From the NCBI GenBank assembly GCA_019828565.1, contig JAHDYR010000016.1, positions 62,001 to 126,000 of the forward strand: 64,000 nucleotides of DNA. Reading direction: 5' to 3'. The notes beneath the pieces were generated by a model that ran no database searches, was not told the DNA's origin, and was given only the letters and a program-made list of their open reading frames with translations. The translations under genes were made by a program, and so were the position numbers. Below, piece after piece: positions 10,437-20,655 of this stretch (its first letter is position 1; every line of letters starts with the position of its first letter). The DNA is from Carpediemonas membranifera BICM (taxonomy: Eukaryota; Protista; Fornicata).

Positions 10437-10863
10437 TATTGTGTGACAGTTGGAATTGTGCGTCTTGAGATTTCCTGGGATTTGCTGGTGAAAAATCGCC
10501 CGTTCTGGAGATTTGTTTTTGGTTGACCTTGTCGGATGGGTTGCAGCCAGCGGAGAGATGTTCTGGAGATTGATGAAGATCCAGTCACATCGAATCTCGG
10601 AAATCAAACTCAAGCATGACTTGACAGTATGGCCGCCTGAGCGCATCCAGACGTTAGCTGCGGGAGGAGGCAGGCACATGAGCATAGCACTGCGAATAGA
10701 ATACACACACTAATCTGATGATGAGGCAGACATAAAGCGGACACCTGCCATGCTTGTCTGGCCCCCAGCGACCAGGGGCATGGTCATGACCGGGTGTCAT
10801 CGTTTTGGATGCTGGCGAGACTAAGCTCCGGATCATTTCACAACATTTAATGGAGGCATTGAA

Positions 10864-12078
10864 TTAAGCCAGCATGACCAGGGCGAGCAGGATGGCGAGC
10901 AGGCCAGCGCGGACCCAGGCGGCAGAGTCAGCGTAGTGGAACTTCAGGATGGTGGTCTCGGTGTTGTCAGTCTCGCTGGACTTCATGTCAACGTACATGA
11001 GCACATCCTCGTAAACGCGGTTGATGCCCTCGATGTTATCCAGGGTGCCGTCGAGGCTGTAGCTGAAGCCACCCATCTCGGTGCCGTCGATGGGGTTGAG
11101 CTCGGCGTCGGTGAGGCTGGTGCCGTAAGTGAGCACCATGTTGTCGAGGGAGGTGCCGGTGGCCACCGTGGTGGTCAGAGCAACAACACCATTGAGATGG
11201 TCGTCGGAGATGGAGATAGAGGCGCTGGGGACGTCGGTGTTCTCGTAGTACGCCTCGTGGGTCCAGACCCAAGTGTTGGAGTCAGCGTCGTAGTCGATGA
11301 CGCCGTAGTGGACCTTGGTGTCGGAGACTTCCTTGGTCACCATCAGCCTGCTCTCCATGTCGGTGATGTCGATCTCCTCGATGTCGGTGGTGGTGTAAGT
11401 AGAGACGATGGCCGAGAAGGCGGTGTTGACGCTGGTGATGGCGACAGTCTCAGAGCTATCGGACCCGACCGCGATCATCGAGACGCCGTTCTTGTTGTAG
11501 GGCAAGACACCAGAGTAGGTGTAGCCGGAGGTGCCGATGGAGACGTTGGCCTGGAGCTCGAGGTTGAGGTTGTACTTGAGCATCTCAACCTGGGTGCAGA
11601 CGTAGAGGTAGTCATCGAGGCAGAACATGGGCATGGACGACGTCCGGTCGGTGATGGTGGTCTCGGCGAGCTGGGTGCCGTCATAGTTGAGCGAGACAAT
11701 CTTGTCCACAGCAGAGCGAGCGAAGACGTGAGCAGTGGCGGCAGCCTTGTCGGACTTCGTGTTGACGGCGCCCGTCATGGCGTTGTAAGCGTTGGAGATG
11801 ACGACGGTCTTATCGACGTCGAGGACCTTGGTCTCGTCACTGTCGATGTCGTTGAAATTGGCAGAGTAGTAGTACATCGTGACATCGTTGGTGGCGATAG
11901 TTCGAACGCCCATCATCATCTCAAAAGCCTTGTGCTCGCTCCCGGTCGGAAAGAAGAAGTAGCTGAACTCGTCATCGCTGTAGGCGCTGGTGTCGCTGTT
12001 GACCATGTTGACTTGGGCAGTGCGGTAAGCAAGGACTGTAGCGAGCAGCAGGAAGAGGAGAAGGGCGCTTTTTGTCAT
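10864..12078 (-). CDS. Secreted/surface protein, copy 2
   Basis: Same protein as copy 1; one synonymous change near 11191. Confidence 0.85.
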   Translation of the reverse strand: MTKSALLLFLLLATVLAYRTAQVNMVNSDTSAYSDDEFSYFFFPTGSEHKAFEMMMGVRTIATNDVTMYYYSANFNDIDSDETKVLDVDKTVVISNAYNAMTGAVNTKSDKAAATAHVFARSAVDKIVSLNYDGTQLAETTITDRTSSMPMFCLDDYLYVCTQVEMLKYNLNLELQANVSIGTSGYTYSGVLPYNKNGVSMIAVGSDSSETVAITSVNTAFSAIVSTYTTTDIEEIDITDMESRLMVTKEVSDTKVHYGVIDYDADSNTWVWTHEAYYENTDVPSASISISDDHLNGVVALTTTVATGTSLDNMVLTYGTSLTDAELNPIDGTEMGGFSYSLDGTLDNIEGINRVYEDVLMYVDMKSSETDNTETTILKFHYADSAAWVRAGLLAILLALVMLA

Positions 12079-12505
12079 TATTGTGTGACAGTTGGAATTG
12101 TGCGTCTTGAGATTTCCTGGGATTTGCTGGTGAAAAATCGCCCGTTCTGGAGATTTGTTTTTGGTTGACCTTGTCGGATGGGTTGCAGCCAGCGGAGAGA
12201 TGTTCTGGAGATTGATGAAGATCCAGTCACATCGAATCTCGGAAATCAAACTCAAGCATGACTTGACAGTATGGCCGCCTGAGCGCATCCAGACGTTAGC
12301 TGCGGGAGGAGGCAGGCACATGAGCATAGCACTGCGAATAGAATACACACACTAATCTGATGATGAGGCAGACATAAAGCGGACACCTGCCATGCTTGTC
12401 TGGCCCCCAGCGACCAGGGGCATGGTCATGACCGGGTGTCATCGTTTTGGATGCTGGCGAGACTAAGCTCCGGATCATTTCACAACATTTAATGGAGGCA
12501 TTGAA

Positions 12506-13720
12506 TTAAGCCAGCATGACCAGGGCGAGCAGGATGGCGAGCAGGCCAGCGCGGACCCAGGCGGCAGAGTCAGCGTAGTGGAACTTCAGGATGGTGGTCT
12601 CGGTGTTGTCAGTCTCGCTGGACTTCATGTCAACGTACATGAGCACATCCTCGTAAACGCGGTTGATGCCCTCGATGTTATCCAGGGTGCCGTCGAGGCT
12701 GTAGCTGAAGCCACCCATCTCGGTGCCGTCGATGGGGTTGAGCTCGGCGTCGGTGAGGCTGGTGCCGTAAGTGAGCACCATGTTGTCGAGGGAGGTGCCG
12801 GTGGCCACCGTGGTGGTCAGAGCAACAACACCGTTGAGATGGTCGTCGGAGATGGAGATAGAGGCGCTGGGGACGTCGGTGTTCTCGTAGTACGCCTCGT
12901 GGGTCCAGACCCAAGTGTTGGAGTCAGCGTCGTAGTCGATGACGCCGTAGTGGACCTTGGTGTCGGAGACTTCCTTGGTCACCATCAGCCTGCTCTCCAT
13001 GTCGGTGATGTCGATCTCCTCGATGTCGGTGGTGGTGTAAGTAGAGACGATGGCCGAGAAGGCGGTGTTGACGCTGGTGATGGCGACAGTCTCAGAGCTA
13101 TCGGACCCGACCGCGATCATCGAGACGCCGTTCTTGTTGTAGGGCAAGACACCAGAGTAGGTGTAGCCGGAGGTGCCGATGGAGACGTTGGCCTGGAGCT
13201 CGAGGTTGAGGTTGTACTTGAGCATCTCAACCTGGGTGCAGACGTAGAGGTAGTCATCGAGGCAGAACATGGGCATGGACGACGTCCGGTCGGTGATGGT
13301 GGTCTCGGCGAGCTGGGTGCCGTCATAGTTGAGCGAGACAATCTTGTCCACAGCAGAGCGAGCGAAGACGTGAGCAGTGGCGGCAGCCTTGTCGGACTTC
13401 GTGTTGACGGCGCCCGTCATGGCGTTGTAAGCGTTGGAGATGACGACGGTCTTATCGACGTCGAGGACCTTGGTCTCGTCACTGTCGATGTCGTTGAAAT
13501 TGGCAGAGTAGTAGTACATCGTGACATCGTTGGTGGCGATAGTTCGAACGCCCATCATCATCTCAAAAGCCTTGTGCTCGCTCCCGGTCGGAAAGAAGAA
13601 GTAGCTGAACTCGTCATCGCTGTAGGCGCTGGTGTCGCTGTTGACCATGTTGACTTGGGCAGTGCGGTAAGCAAGGACTGTAGCGAGCAGCAGGAAGAGG
13701 AGAAGGGCGCTTTTTGTCAT
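12506..13720 (-). CDS. Secreted/surface protein, copy 3
   Basis: Same protein as copy 1. Confidence 0.85.
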   Translation of the reverse strand: MTKSALLLFLLLATVLAYRTAQVNMVNSDTSAYSDDEFSYFFFPTGSEHKAFEMMMGVRTIATNDVTMYYYSANFNDIDSDETKVLDVDKTVVISNAYNAMTGAVNTKSDKAAATAHVFARSAVDKIVSLNYDGTQLAETTITDRTSSMPMFCLDDYLYVCTQVEMLKYNLNLELQANVSIGTSGYTYSGVLPYNKNGVSMIAVGSDSSETVAITSVNTAFSAIVSTYTTTDIEEIDITDMESRLMVTKEVSDTKVHYGVIDYDADSNTWVWTHEAYYENTDVPSASISISDDHLNGVVALTTTVATGTSLDNMVLTYGTSLTDAELNPIDGTEMGGFSYSLDGTLDNIEGINRVYEDVLMYVDMKSSETDNTETTILKFHYADSAAWVRAGLLAILLALVMLA

Positions 13721-14147
13721 TATTGTGTGACAGTTGGAATTGTGCGTCTTGAGATTTCCTGGGATTTGCTGGTGAAAAATCGCCCGTTCTGGAGATTTGT
13801 TTTTGGTTGACCTTGTCGGATGGGTTGCAGCCAGCGGAGAGATGTTCTGGAGATTGATGAAGATCCAGTCACATCGAATCTCGGAAATCAAACTCAAGCA
13901 TGACTTGACAGTATGGCCGCCTGAGCGCATCCAGACGTTAGCTGCGGGAGGAGGCAGGCACATGAGCATAGCACTGCGAATAGAATACACACACTAATCT
14001 GATGATGAGGCAGACATAAAGCGGACACCTGCCATGCTTGTCTGACCCCCAGCGACCAGGGGCATGGTCATGACCGGGTGTCATCGTTTTGGATGCTGGC
14101 GAGACTAAGCTCCGGATCATTTCACAACATTTAATGGAGGCATTGAA

Positions 14148-15362
14148 TTAAGCCAGCATGACCAGGGCGAGCAGGATGGCGAGCAGGCCAGCGCGGACCC
14201 AGGCGGCAGAGTCAGCGTAGTGGAACTTCAGGATGGTGGTCTCGGTGTTGTCAGTCTCGCTGGACTTCATGTCAACGTACATGAGCACATCCTCGTAAAC
14301 GCGGTTGATGCCCTCGATGTTATCCAGGGTGCCGTCGAGGCTGTAGCTGAAGCCACCCATCTCGGTGCCGTCGATGGGGTTGAGCTCGGCGTCGGTGAGG
14401 CTGGTGCCGTAAGTGAGCACCATGTTGTCGAGGGAGGTGCCGGTGGCCACCGTGGTGGTCAGAGCAACAACACCGTTGAGATGGTCGTCGGAGATGGAGA
14501 TAGAGGCGCTGGGGACGTCGGTGTTCTCGTAGTACGCCTCGTGGGTCCAGACCCAAGTGTTGGAGTCAGCGTCGTAGTCGATGACGCCGTAGTGGACCTT
14601 GGTGTCGGAGACTTCCTTGGTCACCATCAGCCTGCTCTCCATGTCGGTGATGTCGATCTCCTCGATGTCGGTGGTGGTGTAAGTAGAGACGATGGCCGAG
14701 AAGGCGGTGTTGACGCTGGTGATGGCGACAGTCTCAGAGCTATCGGACCCGACCGCGATCATCGAGACGCCGTTCTTGTTGTAGGGCAAGACACCAGAGT
14801 AGGTGTAGCCGGAGGTGCCGATGGAGACGTTGGCCTGGAGCTCGAGGTTGAGGTTGTACTTGAGCATCTCAACCTGGGTGCAGACGTAGAGGTAGTCATC
14901 GAGGCAGAACATGGGCATGGACGACGTCCGGTCGGTGATGGTGGTCTCGGCGAGCTGGGTGCCGTCATAGTTGAGCGAGACAATCTTGTCCACAGCAGAG
15001 CGAGCGAAGACGTGAGCAGTGGCGGCAGCCTTGTCGGACTTCGTGTTGACGGCGCCCGTCATGGCGTTGTAAGCGTTGGAGATGACGACGGTCTTATCGA
15101 CGTCGAGGACCTTGGTCTCGTCACTGTCGATGTCGTTGAAATTGGCAGAGTAGTAGTACATCGTGACATCGTTGGTGGCGATAGTTCGAACGCCCATCAT
15201 CATCTCAAAAGCCTTGTGCTCGCTCCCGGTCGGAAAGAAGAAGTAGCTGAACTCGTCATCGCTGTAGGCGCTGGTGTCGCTGTTGACCATGTTGACTTGG
15301 GCAGTGCGGTAAGCAAGGACTGTAGCGAGCAGCAGGAAGAGGAGAAGGGCGCTTTTTGTCAT
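14148..15362 (-). CDS. Secreted/surface protein, copy 4
   Basis: Same protein as copy 1. Confidence 0.85.
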   Translation of the reverse strand: MTKSALLLFLLLATVLAYRTAQVNMVNSDTSAYSDDEFSYFFFPTGSEHKAFEMMMGVRTIATNDVTMYYYSANFNDIDSDETKVLDVDKTVVISNAYNAMTGAVNTKSDKAAATAHVFARSAVDKIVSLNYDGTQLAETTITDRTSSMPMFCLDDYLYVCTQVEMLKYNLNLELQANVSIGTSGYTYSGVLPYNKNGVSMIAVGSDSSETVAITSVNTAFSAIVSTYTTTDIEEIDITDMESRLMVTKEVSDTKVHYGVIDYDADSNTWVWTHEAYYENTDVPSASISISDDHLNGVVALTTTVATGTSLDNMVLTYGTSLTDAELNPIDGTEMGGFSYSLDGTLDNIEGINRVYEDVLMYVDMKSSETDNTETTILKFHYADSAAWVRAGLLAILLALVMLA

Positions 15363-15789
15363 TATTGTGTGACAGTTGGAATTGTGCGTCTTGAGATTTC
15401 CTGGGATTTGCTGGTGAAAAATCGCCCGTTCTGGAGATTTGTTTTTGGTTGACCTTGTCGGATGGGTTGCAGCCAGCGGAGAGATGTTCTGGAGATTGAT
15501 GAAGATCCAGTCACATCGAATCTCGGAAATCAAACTCAAGCATGACTTGACAGTATGGCCGCCTGAGCGCATCCAGACGTTAGCTGCGGGAGGAGGCAGG
15601 CACATGAGCATAGCACTGCGAATAGAATACACACACTAATCTGATGATGAGGCAGACATAAAGCGGACACCTGCCATGCTTGTCTGGCCCCCAGCGACCA
15701 GGGGCATGGTCATGACCGGGTGTCATCGTTTTGGATGCTGGCGAGACTAAGCTCCGGATCATTTCACAACATTTAATGGAGGCATTGAA

Positions 15790-15885
15790 TTAAGCCAGCA
15801 TGACCAGGGCGAGCAGGATGGCGAGCAGGCCAGCGCGGACCCAGGCGGCAGAGTCAGCGTAGTGGAACTTCAGGATGGTGGTCTC
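15790..15885 (-). pseudogene. Truncated fifth copy retaining only the last 31 codons and the stop
   Basis: Identity to the repeat unit ends abruptly at 15885. Confidence 0.8.
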
Positions 15886-16035
15886 CATTCCATCTCTTCA
15901 TCTTGAAACTGCGGCCGTGTGGATGAGTCGTTCAGAAACAATTACAGGCAACAACCCGGCACACGCCACGGAAGCGTGAGTCGAGCACACAGCTGATTTA
16001 CGGTCGCATAAATCGTCAACAACACCACACAAACG

Positions 16036-16746
16036 ATGGGCAAGATTGATCAGCTTCCCGCACCTATTAAGGATCCATACATTGATAACAGTAGCGATAG
16101 TAGCGTTTGGCAACGCGCGCGCTCCTTCTTCAGCAGTGCCAGCGAGTCCGTGGCATTCAAGGGCTCACAGACGATGCTCTACCTCCAGAAGGGCCTAACC
16201 GCTACAACTGGCCGGTCTGCAGCAGTGAGTTACCAGCGGAACTTCAACCTACCAGACAGCGAGCTCCCCGTCGCGGAGTTCACGTGTCGTCTATTCTCTG
16301 CCAAGGAGAACGTCGTCCGGGGTATCCTCAGCATGTCTGAGAACTACGTATGCTTCCAGGCGACGTCTCCGTTTGAGCAGTACCGGTTCAAGGTCCCGAT
16401 GTCTGAGATTGTGGGCGTGTGCCCGACATATTCCAAGTCGGTGCTTCTGAGGACGAAGAAGGCCGTGCCCATCTCGCTGGGCGAGTTCAGTGGGTACAAG
16501 GCGGCGTTACAGAAGATATGGGCTGTGTGGTGCTCGTATAGGAAGCTGAACGACCCGAGCAAGCCCGTGAGCCCGCAGCCCGCCAAGCCGAAAGAGGTGG
16601 AGAGGCCAACGATGCTGACCATCTCAGAGCATGGCGACGATGTCGAGCAGGTGACCTCTGACTCCATCCCCAGGCAGCAGGCCCCGGTCGAGGAGCTCGT
16701 CGCCGAGGGCACGGATAGAGAGGAAGAGCTGGGCGCGGTGGAGTAA
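16036..16746 (+). CDS. GRAM-domain protein
   Basis: FNLPDSELPVAEFTCRL..RGILSMSENYVCF resembles the GRAM consensus. Confidence 0.75.
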   Translation: MGKIDQLPAPIKDPYIDNSSDSSVWQRARSFFSSASESVAFKGSQTMLYLQKGLTATTGRSAAVSYQRNFNLPDSELPVAEFTCRLFSAKENVVRGILSMSENYVCFQATSPFEQYRFKVPMSEIVGVCPTYSKSVLLRTKKAVPISLGEFSGYKAALQKIWAVWCSYRKLNDPSKPVSPQPAKPKEVERPTMLTISEHGDDVEQVTSDSIPRQQAPVEELVAEGTDREEELGAVE

Positions 16747-16977
16747 AGGGTGTGCCGGTTTGGCACGGTGTGGCGTTGTCTCCATTGCTTCAATGCTCAA
16801 TTCCAGGCTCGGCTATCCGAGTGCGGGGAGAAAATACAAATCAACTGGGCATTGAGCCGCTTCCACGAGCTAGGGTATGGCAAGACTAGTGCACTTCGGC
16901 TCGTGCCCGCCCAAGTGTCGGCTCCCTTGCTGGTCTTCCAGTCCTGCGCGGTCTCGGCGAATGGAAAACGGGTTTTG

Positions 16978-18939
16978 ATGCCACGCCGTTCCCACCATGC
17001 GAAGCTGAAGCCACGAAAGAGCCAGGCACGACCTCATACTCTCCTATCTCGGCTGAATCCTCTTCATTTTAGGAAGCACATTCGAATTTGGGTATTTCTC
17101 GCTCTTTTCTGCGCCCAGGACTTCCTCACGAGCTTTGCCAACGACTCCTTCTATGCTCTATCCGCCTACTATCGCGAGAGCTACAACATGAGCCCCCTCC
17201 AAATCTCTGTCCTTTCATCGATCTACTCCCTTCCAAACATGATCATGCCCTACCTGTTCGGAATCCTGGTCGACAAGCTCGGCGGTTCCAAGCTCTACAT
17301 CACGAGTGGGGCCTTCATCATCATCTCCATGGTCATCTCCGCCCTCAGTGGGCTCCCCTCCTCCTCCACAGTCGCCTTTGCCCTGGTGTTCATCTCTCGG
17401 GTCATTCTTGCCATCGGCGGCCAGTCCATCTACACATCGCACGACGTTCTGCACGTGAAAGTGTTCGGCCCACTCGTCTCACTGACCCTCTCCCTCGGCA
17501 TTTCATTCGGTAAGATCGGATCAACTTCCGTCTTCCTCGTCAACTCCGCAGTGGCCGACAGGTTTGGTCTGGGTGCTGCATGCATGCTTACTAGCCTCCT
17601 TACCATGCCCGTGGCCGTGGTAATAATCCTCATCGTCGCCCTACACGCCAGCGACACGAGGAAGAAGAAACACTGCATGAAAACCACTGGCCAGGTATCA
17701 GTGGTCATCACTGCCGGCTCCATCCCCGTCCGGGTCGACGAGTACGCCACCGAGGACGAGGACGACTATCTTTTCCTCTCCTCGTACCCCCAGACACCGG
17801 CAGAGTTCCGAAGCGACGTCGAGATGGCCCAGGACGCTGTGCTGCAGCGATCGCCCAGAACAGACTACCCCCAAGTCATGGGCCCTGAGCCTGACGTCAC
17901 TGAGACCGCCCCTGCCGCTGCTGCTGATGAGACGGCCGCCGAGTACATCTTCACTGAGACGATGGAGTCGAGGCTTGAGGTAGCAACAATGGACGGCACA
18001 CTAGAGTACGCCGAGGCGCCTGTAGAGGAGGGCGGGGCCTTCATTGATGAGTACGGCAGCGCCCTGGCCGGCGATGCTACGTTCGAGACCGTCCCGATCG
18101 ACCCCTACTCGGAGGAGAAGATCGAGGACGCCGAGACCTACCCCGTCGGCGGTCTCCCCGAGAGTGATACGGACGCCACGAACTCTGGTGACGACGCCCC
18201 CATGCCGTTCGGGTCGTCTCTCATGACGGCGCTGATGGAGCAGCTCGAGGGCGGGGCAGACAGTGACAGCGAGGTCGAGGCTAACGTTGCCATCGCACTC
18301 CGGTCCCGTCTGGGGTCATCCCCCTTTGCCTCGCCCTTCTTCTGGGTGCAGGCGCTATCCTGCACTATGGCATACCTGCTCTTCTACACGTTCCCCTCCG
18401 TCAGCCCGGTGATATTCATGGCAAGGAACGGGATCTCGTCCGGGGAGGCCAGCACGGCGACGTCGTTCTTCTACGGCGGCATGATTATCACCCCCGTCTG
18501 GGTCATCTTCACCACGAAGATTGGGCACAGGGTCACACTCACCATCGCCTCGTGCGTCCTATCGTGCATTGTCTTCCTGCTCCTCCTCTTCACCACGCTC
18601 TCGCCCTCGTTCATGGCCCTCCTCCTCGGCATCGGCGCCTCAGTGCTCGGCTCGGCCGTCTACAGTGCTTTCACCCTCACCGTGAAGACGTCGGCGACGG
18701 GCAAGGCATTTGGCCTAATCAACTCCCTCATCAACGCCGCCTACTTCATCTCCATGTTCCTGCTCAGCATGGTCGCCAGTGCCAGCTGGAGGCTCTGCTT
18801 GCTGCTGTACGTCGGGATGAGCGTCATCAGCGCCGCACTCGCCGTGGCCCTGTTCGCCATGGACTTGCAGTACGATGCGAGGCTGGCGCTGCCCCAGAAG
18901 AAGGCCGTCGCCAAGAAGCTCGAGCAGGAAAACAGATAA
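16978..18939 (+). CDS. Major facilitator superfamily transporter (MFSD1-like) with a long acidic central loop
   Basis: SIYSLPNMIMPYLFGILVDKLG (MFS motif A); two hydrophobic halves. Confidence 0.85.
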   Translation: MPRRSHHAKLKPRKSQARPHTLLSRLNPLHFRKHIRIWVFLALFCAQDFLTSFANDSFYALSAYYRESYNMSPLQISVLSSIYSLPNMIMPYLFGILVDKLGGSKLYITSGAFIIISMVISALSGLPSSSTVAFALVFISRVILAIGGQSIYTSHDVLHVKVFGPLVSLTLSLGISFGKIGSTSVFLVNSAVADRFGLGAACMLTSLLTMPVAVVIILIVALHASDTRKKKHCMKTTGQVSVVITAGSIPVRVDEYATEDEDDYLFLSSYPQTPAEFRSDVEMAQDAVLQRSPRTDYPQVMGPEPDVTETAPAAAADETAAEYIFTETMESRLEVATMDGTLEYAEAPVEEGGAFIDEYGSALAGDATFETVPIDPYSEEKIEDAETYPVGGLPESDTDATNSGDDAPMPFGSSLMTALMEQLEGGADSDSEVEANVAIALRSRLGSSPFASPFFWVQALSCTMAYLLFYTFPSVSPVIFMARNGISSGEASTATSFFYGGMIITPVWVIFTTKIGHRVTLTIASCVLSCIVFLLLLFTTLSPSFMALLLGIGASVLGSAVYSAFTLTVKTSATGKAFGLINSLINAAYFISMFLLSMVASASWRLCLLLYVGMSVISAALAVALFAMDLQYDARLALPQKKAVAKKLEQENR

Positions 18940-18990
18940 TTAGCGGATACAGTATTAAAACTCACCTTAAGTTAACTGCACCCCATATAT

Positions 18991-20502
18991 TTACAGTCCC
19001 CAGGACCCGAGGGCCTTCATCTTCGTCGTATCGACCAAGTCGTTCTGCAGCAGCGTCGTCGTGCCCTCCAACTCCGCGGACCCGAGCGACTGGACCTTCG
19101 CCGACAGGAGCTCTCTCAGCTGGTCAAACTGACTCCGCTGGGTCTGCAGGGTCTCGTAGTTGTCCTTCATCGCCTTCTGCTCGTGCCGCGCGGCCTTGAG
19201 GTCAGCCTCGCGAGTGGATGCCTGGGCCTCCAGCAGTGCTAGATGCGGGCCGTACTGCTTCCCGTCAACAAAGGCGCCCCTGATGCCGTCGATGTGCTGC
19301 ATGGCCGTCAGTCGGTGCACCTCGGCCTCCATCTGAGCAACTGCCCGCTCACCAGCTGCCACCTCCCGCTTGAGTGCAAGCGTCTCCTCCTCCTCCCCGG
19401 CCGTGACTCGCCTGTACGCCGTCTTTGCCTCCTCGACGACGCGATCCAGGTCCTTAACCTGCACTCTCTTATCCCTGAGCGCGCGTACGTCTGGGGCGAG
19501 GCCCTGCTTGACGTGTTGGACGGCGGTATCGACCTCGGCAAGGACGTTCTGGATGTTGGCGGATTCCTCAGCGCTGAGTGCTCCCGCGTTGAGTCCGAGC
19601 TCCATCGGCAGGCCGTCCAGGATCTCTGCCGTCCTTGCCCTGATGCGGTGCTCCTTTGACTGGTCAGCGAGGGCGGCCTTGTGGGAGCGGAAGAGGCCTT
19701 GCTCCTTCTTGGCGACGGCCAGCGCCCTCTTGTAGTTCAGCACGGAGAACTCACCTGCTTGCTTGTTGTCGAGCTGCGAGTCGATTGCTGTGATCTGCCC
19801 GACCGTTTCCGACTTCTGCTCCAACTGCTCGCGACGGCGGTTCTGGAGCCCCTTCAGCATCGTCCGCTGCATCGCCAGGGCCCTGTTCTCGTGCTCCTCA
19901 GCTGCCCTGGCCTCCTTCTCGGCCTTGCGGCGTCTGACATCCTCCTGGCGGTCGAGCAGCGCCGCCTGGGTCCGACGGAGGTCCTCGGCCTCGGTCTGGA
20001 CGTTGATCATGTTCTGCTCGACGTCCTTGCTGGAGAGTTCGGCCACCTGCGCCTTGAGGGAGGCGAGGAGGGCGGGGAGGTCCTGTTTCACCCGCTGGCG
20101 CCGTTCCACGGTGTGCTTCTGACGCATCGTGAAGAGCTGCTCGGAATCGCGCTGCTCCTTGAAACGGCGCATCTCCTGGCAGCGGCGCTTCAGCTCCTTG
20201 GCCGTCGCGGCGTGCTGGGCGCGGACTGCACGGGAGGATTCGATGGAATTTCCACGGGATTCCACCTCGTTGCGGCTCTCGCGGTGGTCATTCATGATGT
20301 TAAGGTGCTGTTGAAGATTCTGTTCCGATACATCAGAGAGTTTCGCCCTCAACGTCTCTGCTTGCTGGGCAAACTTGCTGTGGCTATGCTGCAGGCTCCT
20401 GAAGTGCGAAGCAACAGCATCGTATGCACTAGCTTGGCTACTGGCAACACTATGAGCTTCCTGGACTTCACGCAGCTGCTGTTCGATCGAGTCTGCGTTC
20501 AT
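18991..20502 (-). CDS. IFT81: IFT81-like intraflagellar transport coiled-coil protein without an N-terminal CH domain
   Basis: LAPDVRALRDKR..EAKTAY, RTAEIL and QLRELLSAK align by eye with the IFT81 C-terminal half. Confidence 0.65.
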   Translation of the reverse strand: MNADSIEQQLREVQEAHSVASSQASAYDAVASHFRSLQHSHSKFAQQAETLRAKLSDVSEQNLQQHLNIMNDHRESRNEVESRGNSIESSRAVRAQHAATAKELKRRCQEMRRFKEQRDSEQLFTMRQKHTVERRQRVKQDLPALLASLKAQVAELSSKDVEQNMINVQTEAEDLRRTQAALLDRQEDVRRRKAEKEARAAEEHENRALAMQRTMLKGLQNRRREQLEQKSETVGQITAIDSQLDNKQAGEFSVLNYKRALAVAKKEQGLFRSHKAALADQSKEHRIRARTAEILDGLPMELGLNAGALSAEESANIQNVLAEVDTAVQHVKQGLAPDVRALRDKRVQVKDLDRVVEEAKTAYRRVTAGEEEETLALKREVAAGERAVAQMEAEVHRLTAMQHIDGIRGAFVDGKQYGPHLALLEAQASTREADLKAARHEQKAMKDNYETLQTQRSQFDQLRELLSAKVQSLGSAELEGTTTLLQNDLVDTTKMKALGSWGL

Positions 20503-20655
20503 TCTCTGTGAGGTTTTCTTGTGGGGCGCGGGCTAACTCGCATTGAACCAAACGAAGGCTCCGCCACCGCTTCTGGTGCATGTAACGTCCATCCTGTCTT
20601 AAAGCCTCGTTTTCAGGACGCCGCAGTTTTGCCGGGTTGGCATCGCAAGGTCGAG

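Larger units (their letters stand above)
9014..15885. repeat. Tandem array with a 1642-bp unit, about 4.2 copies
   Basis: Units start at 9014, 10656, 12298, 13940 and 15582; near-identical sequence; last unit breaks at 15885. Confidence 0.97.

Noticed and set aside
9294-10526. 410-aa plus-strand ORF in each array unit, and similar long antisense ORFs over GlyRS, the P5A ATPase, HDAC and the kinesin
   Set aside because: Shadow ORFs produced by strong codon bias on the opposite strand; V/G/D/L-rich with no domain signatures
10437-10706. 90-aa N-terminal extension of the 494-aa array ORF
   Set aside because: Runs through promoter-like sequence and the unit junction; the signal peptide begins at the ATG at 10436
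9014-15885. Array as a CRISPR or transposon
   Set aside because: Units are whole genes with no spacers, terminal repeats, transposase or reverse transcriptase motifs
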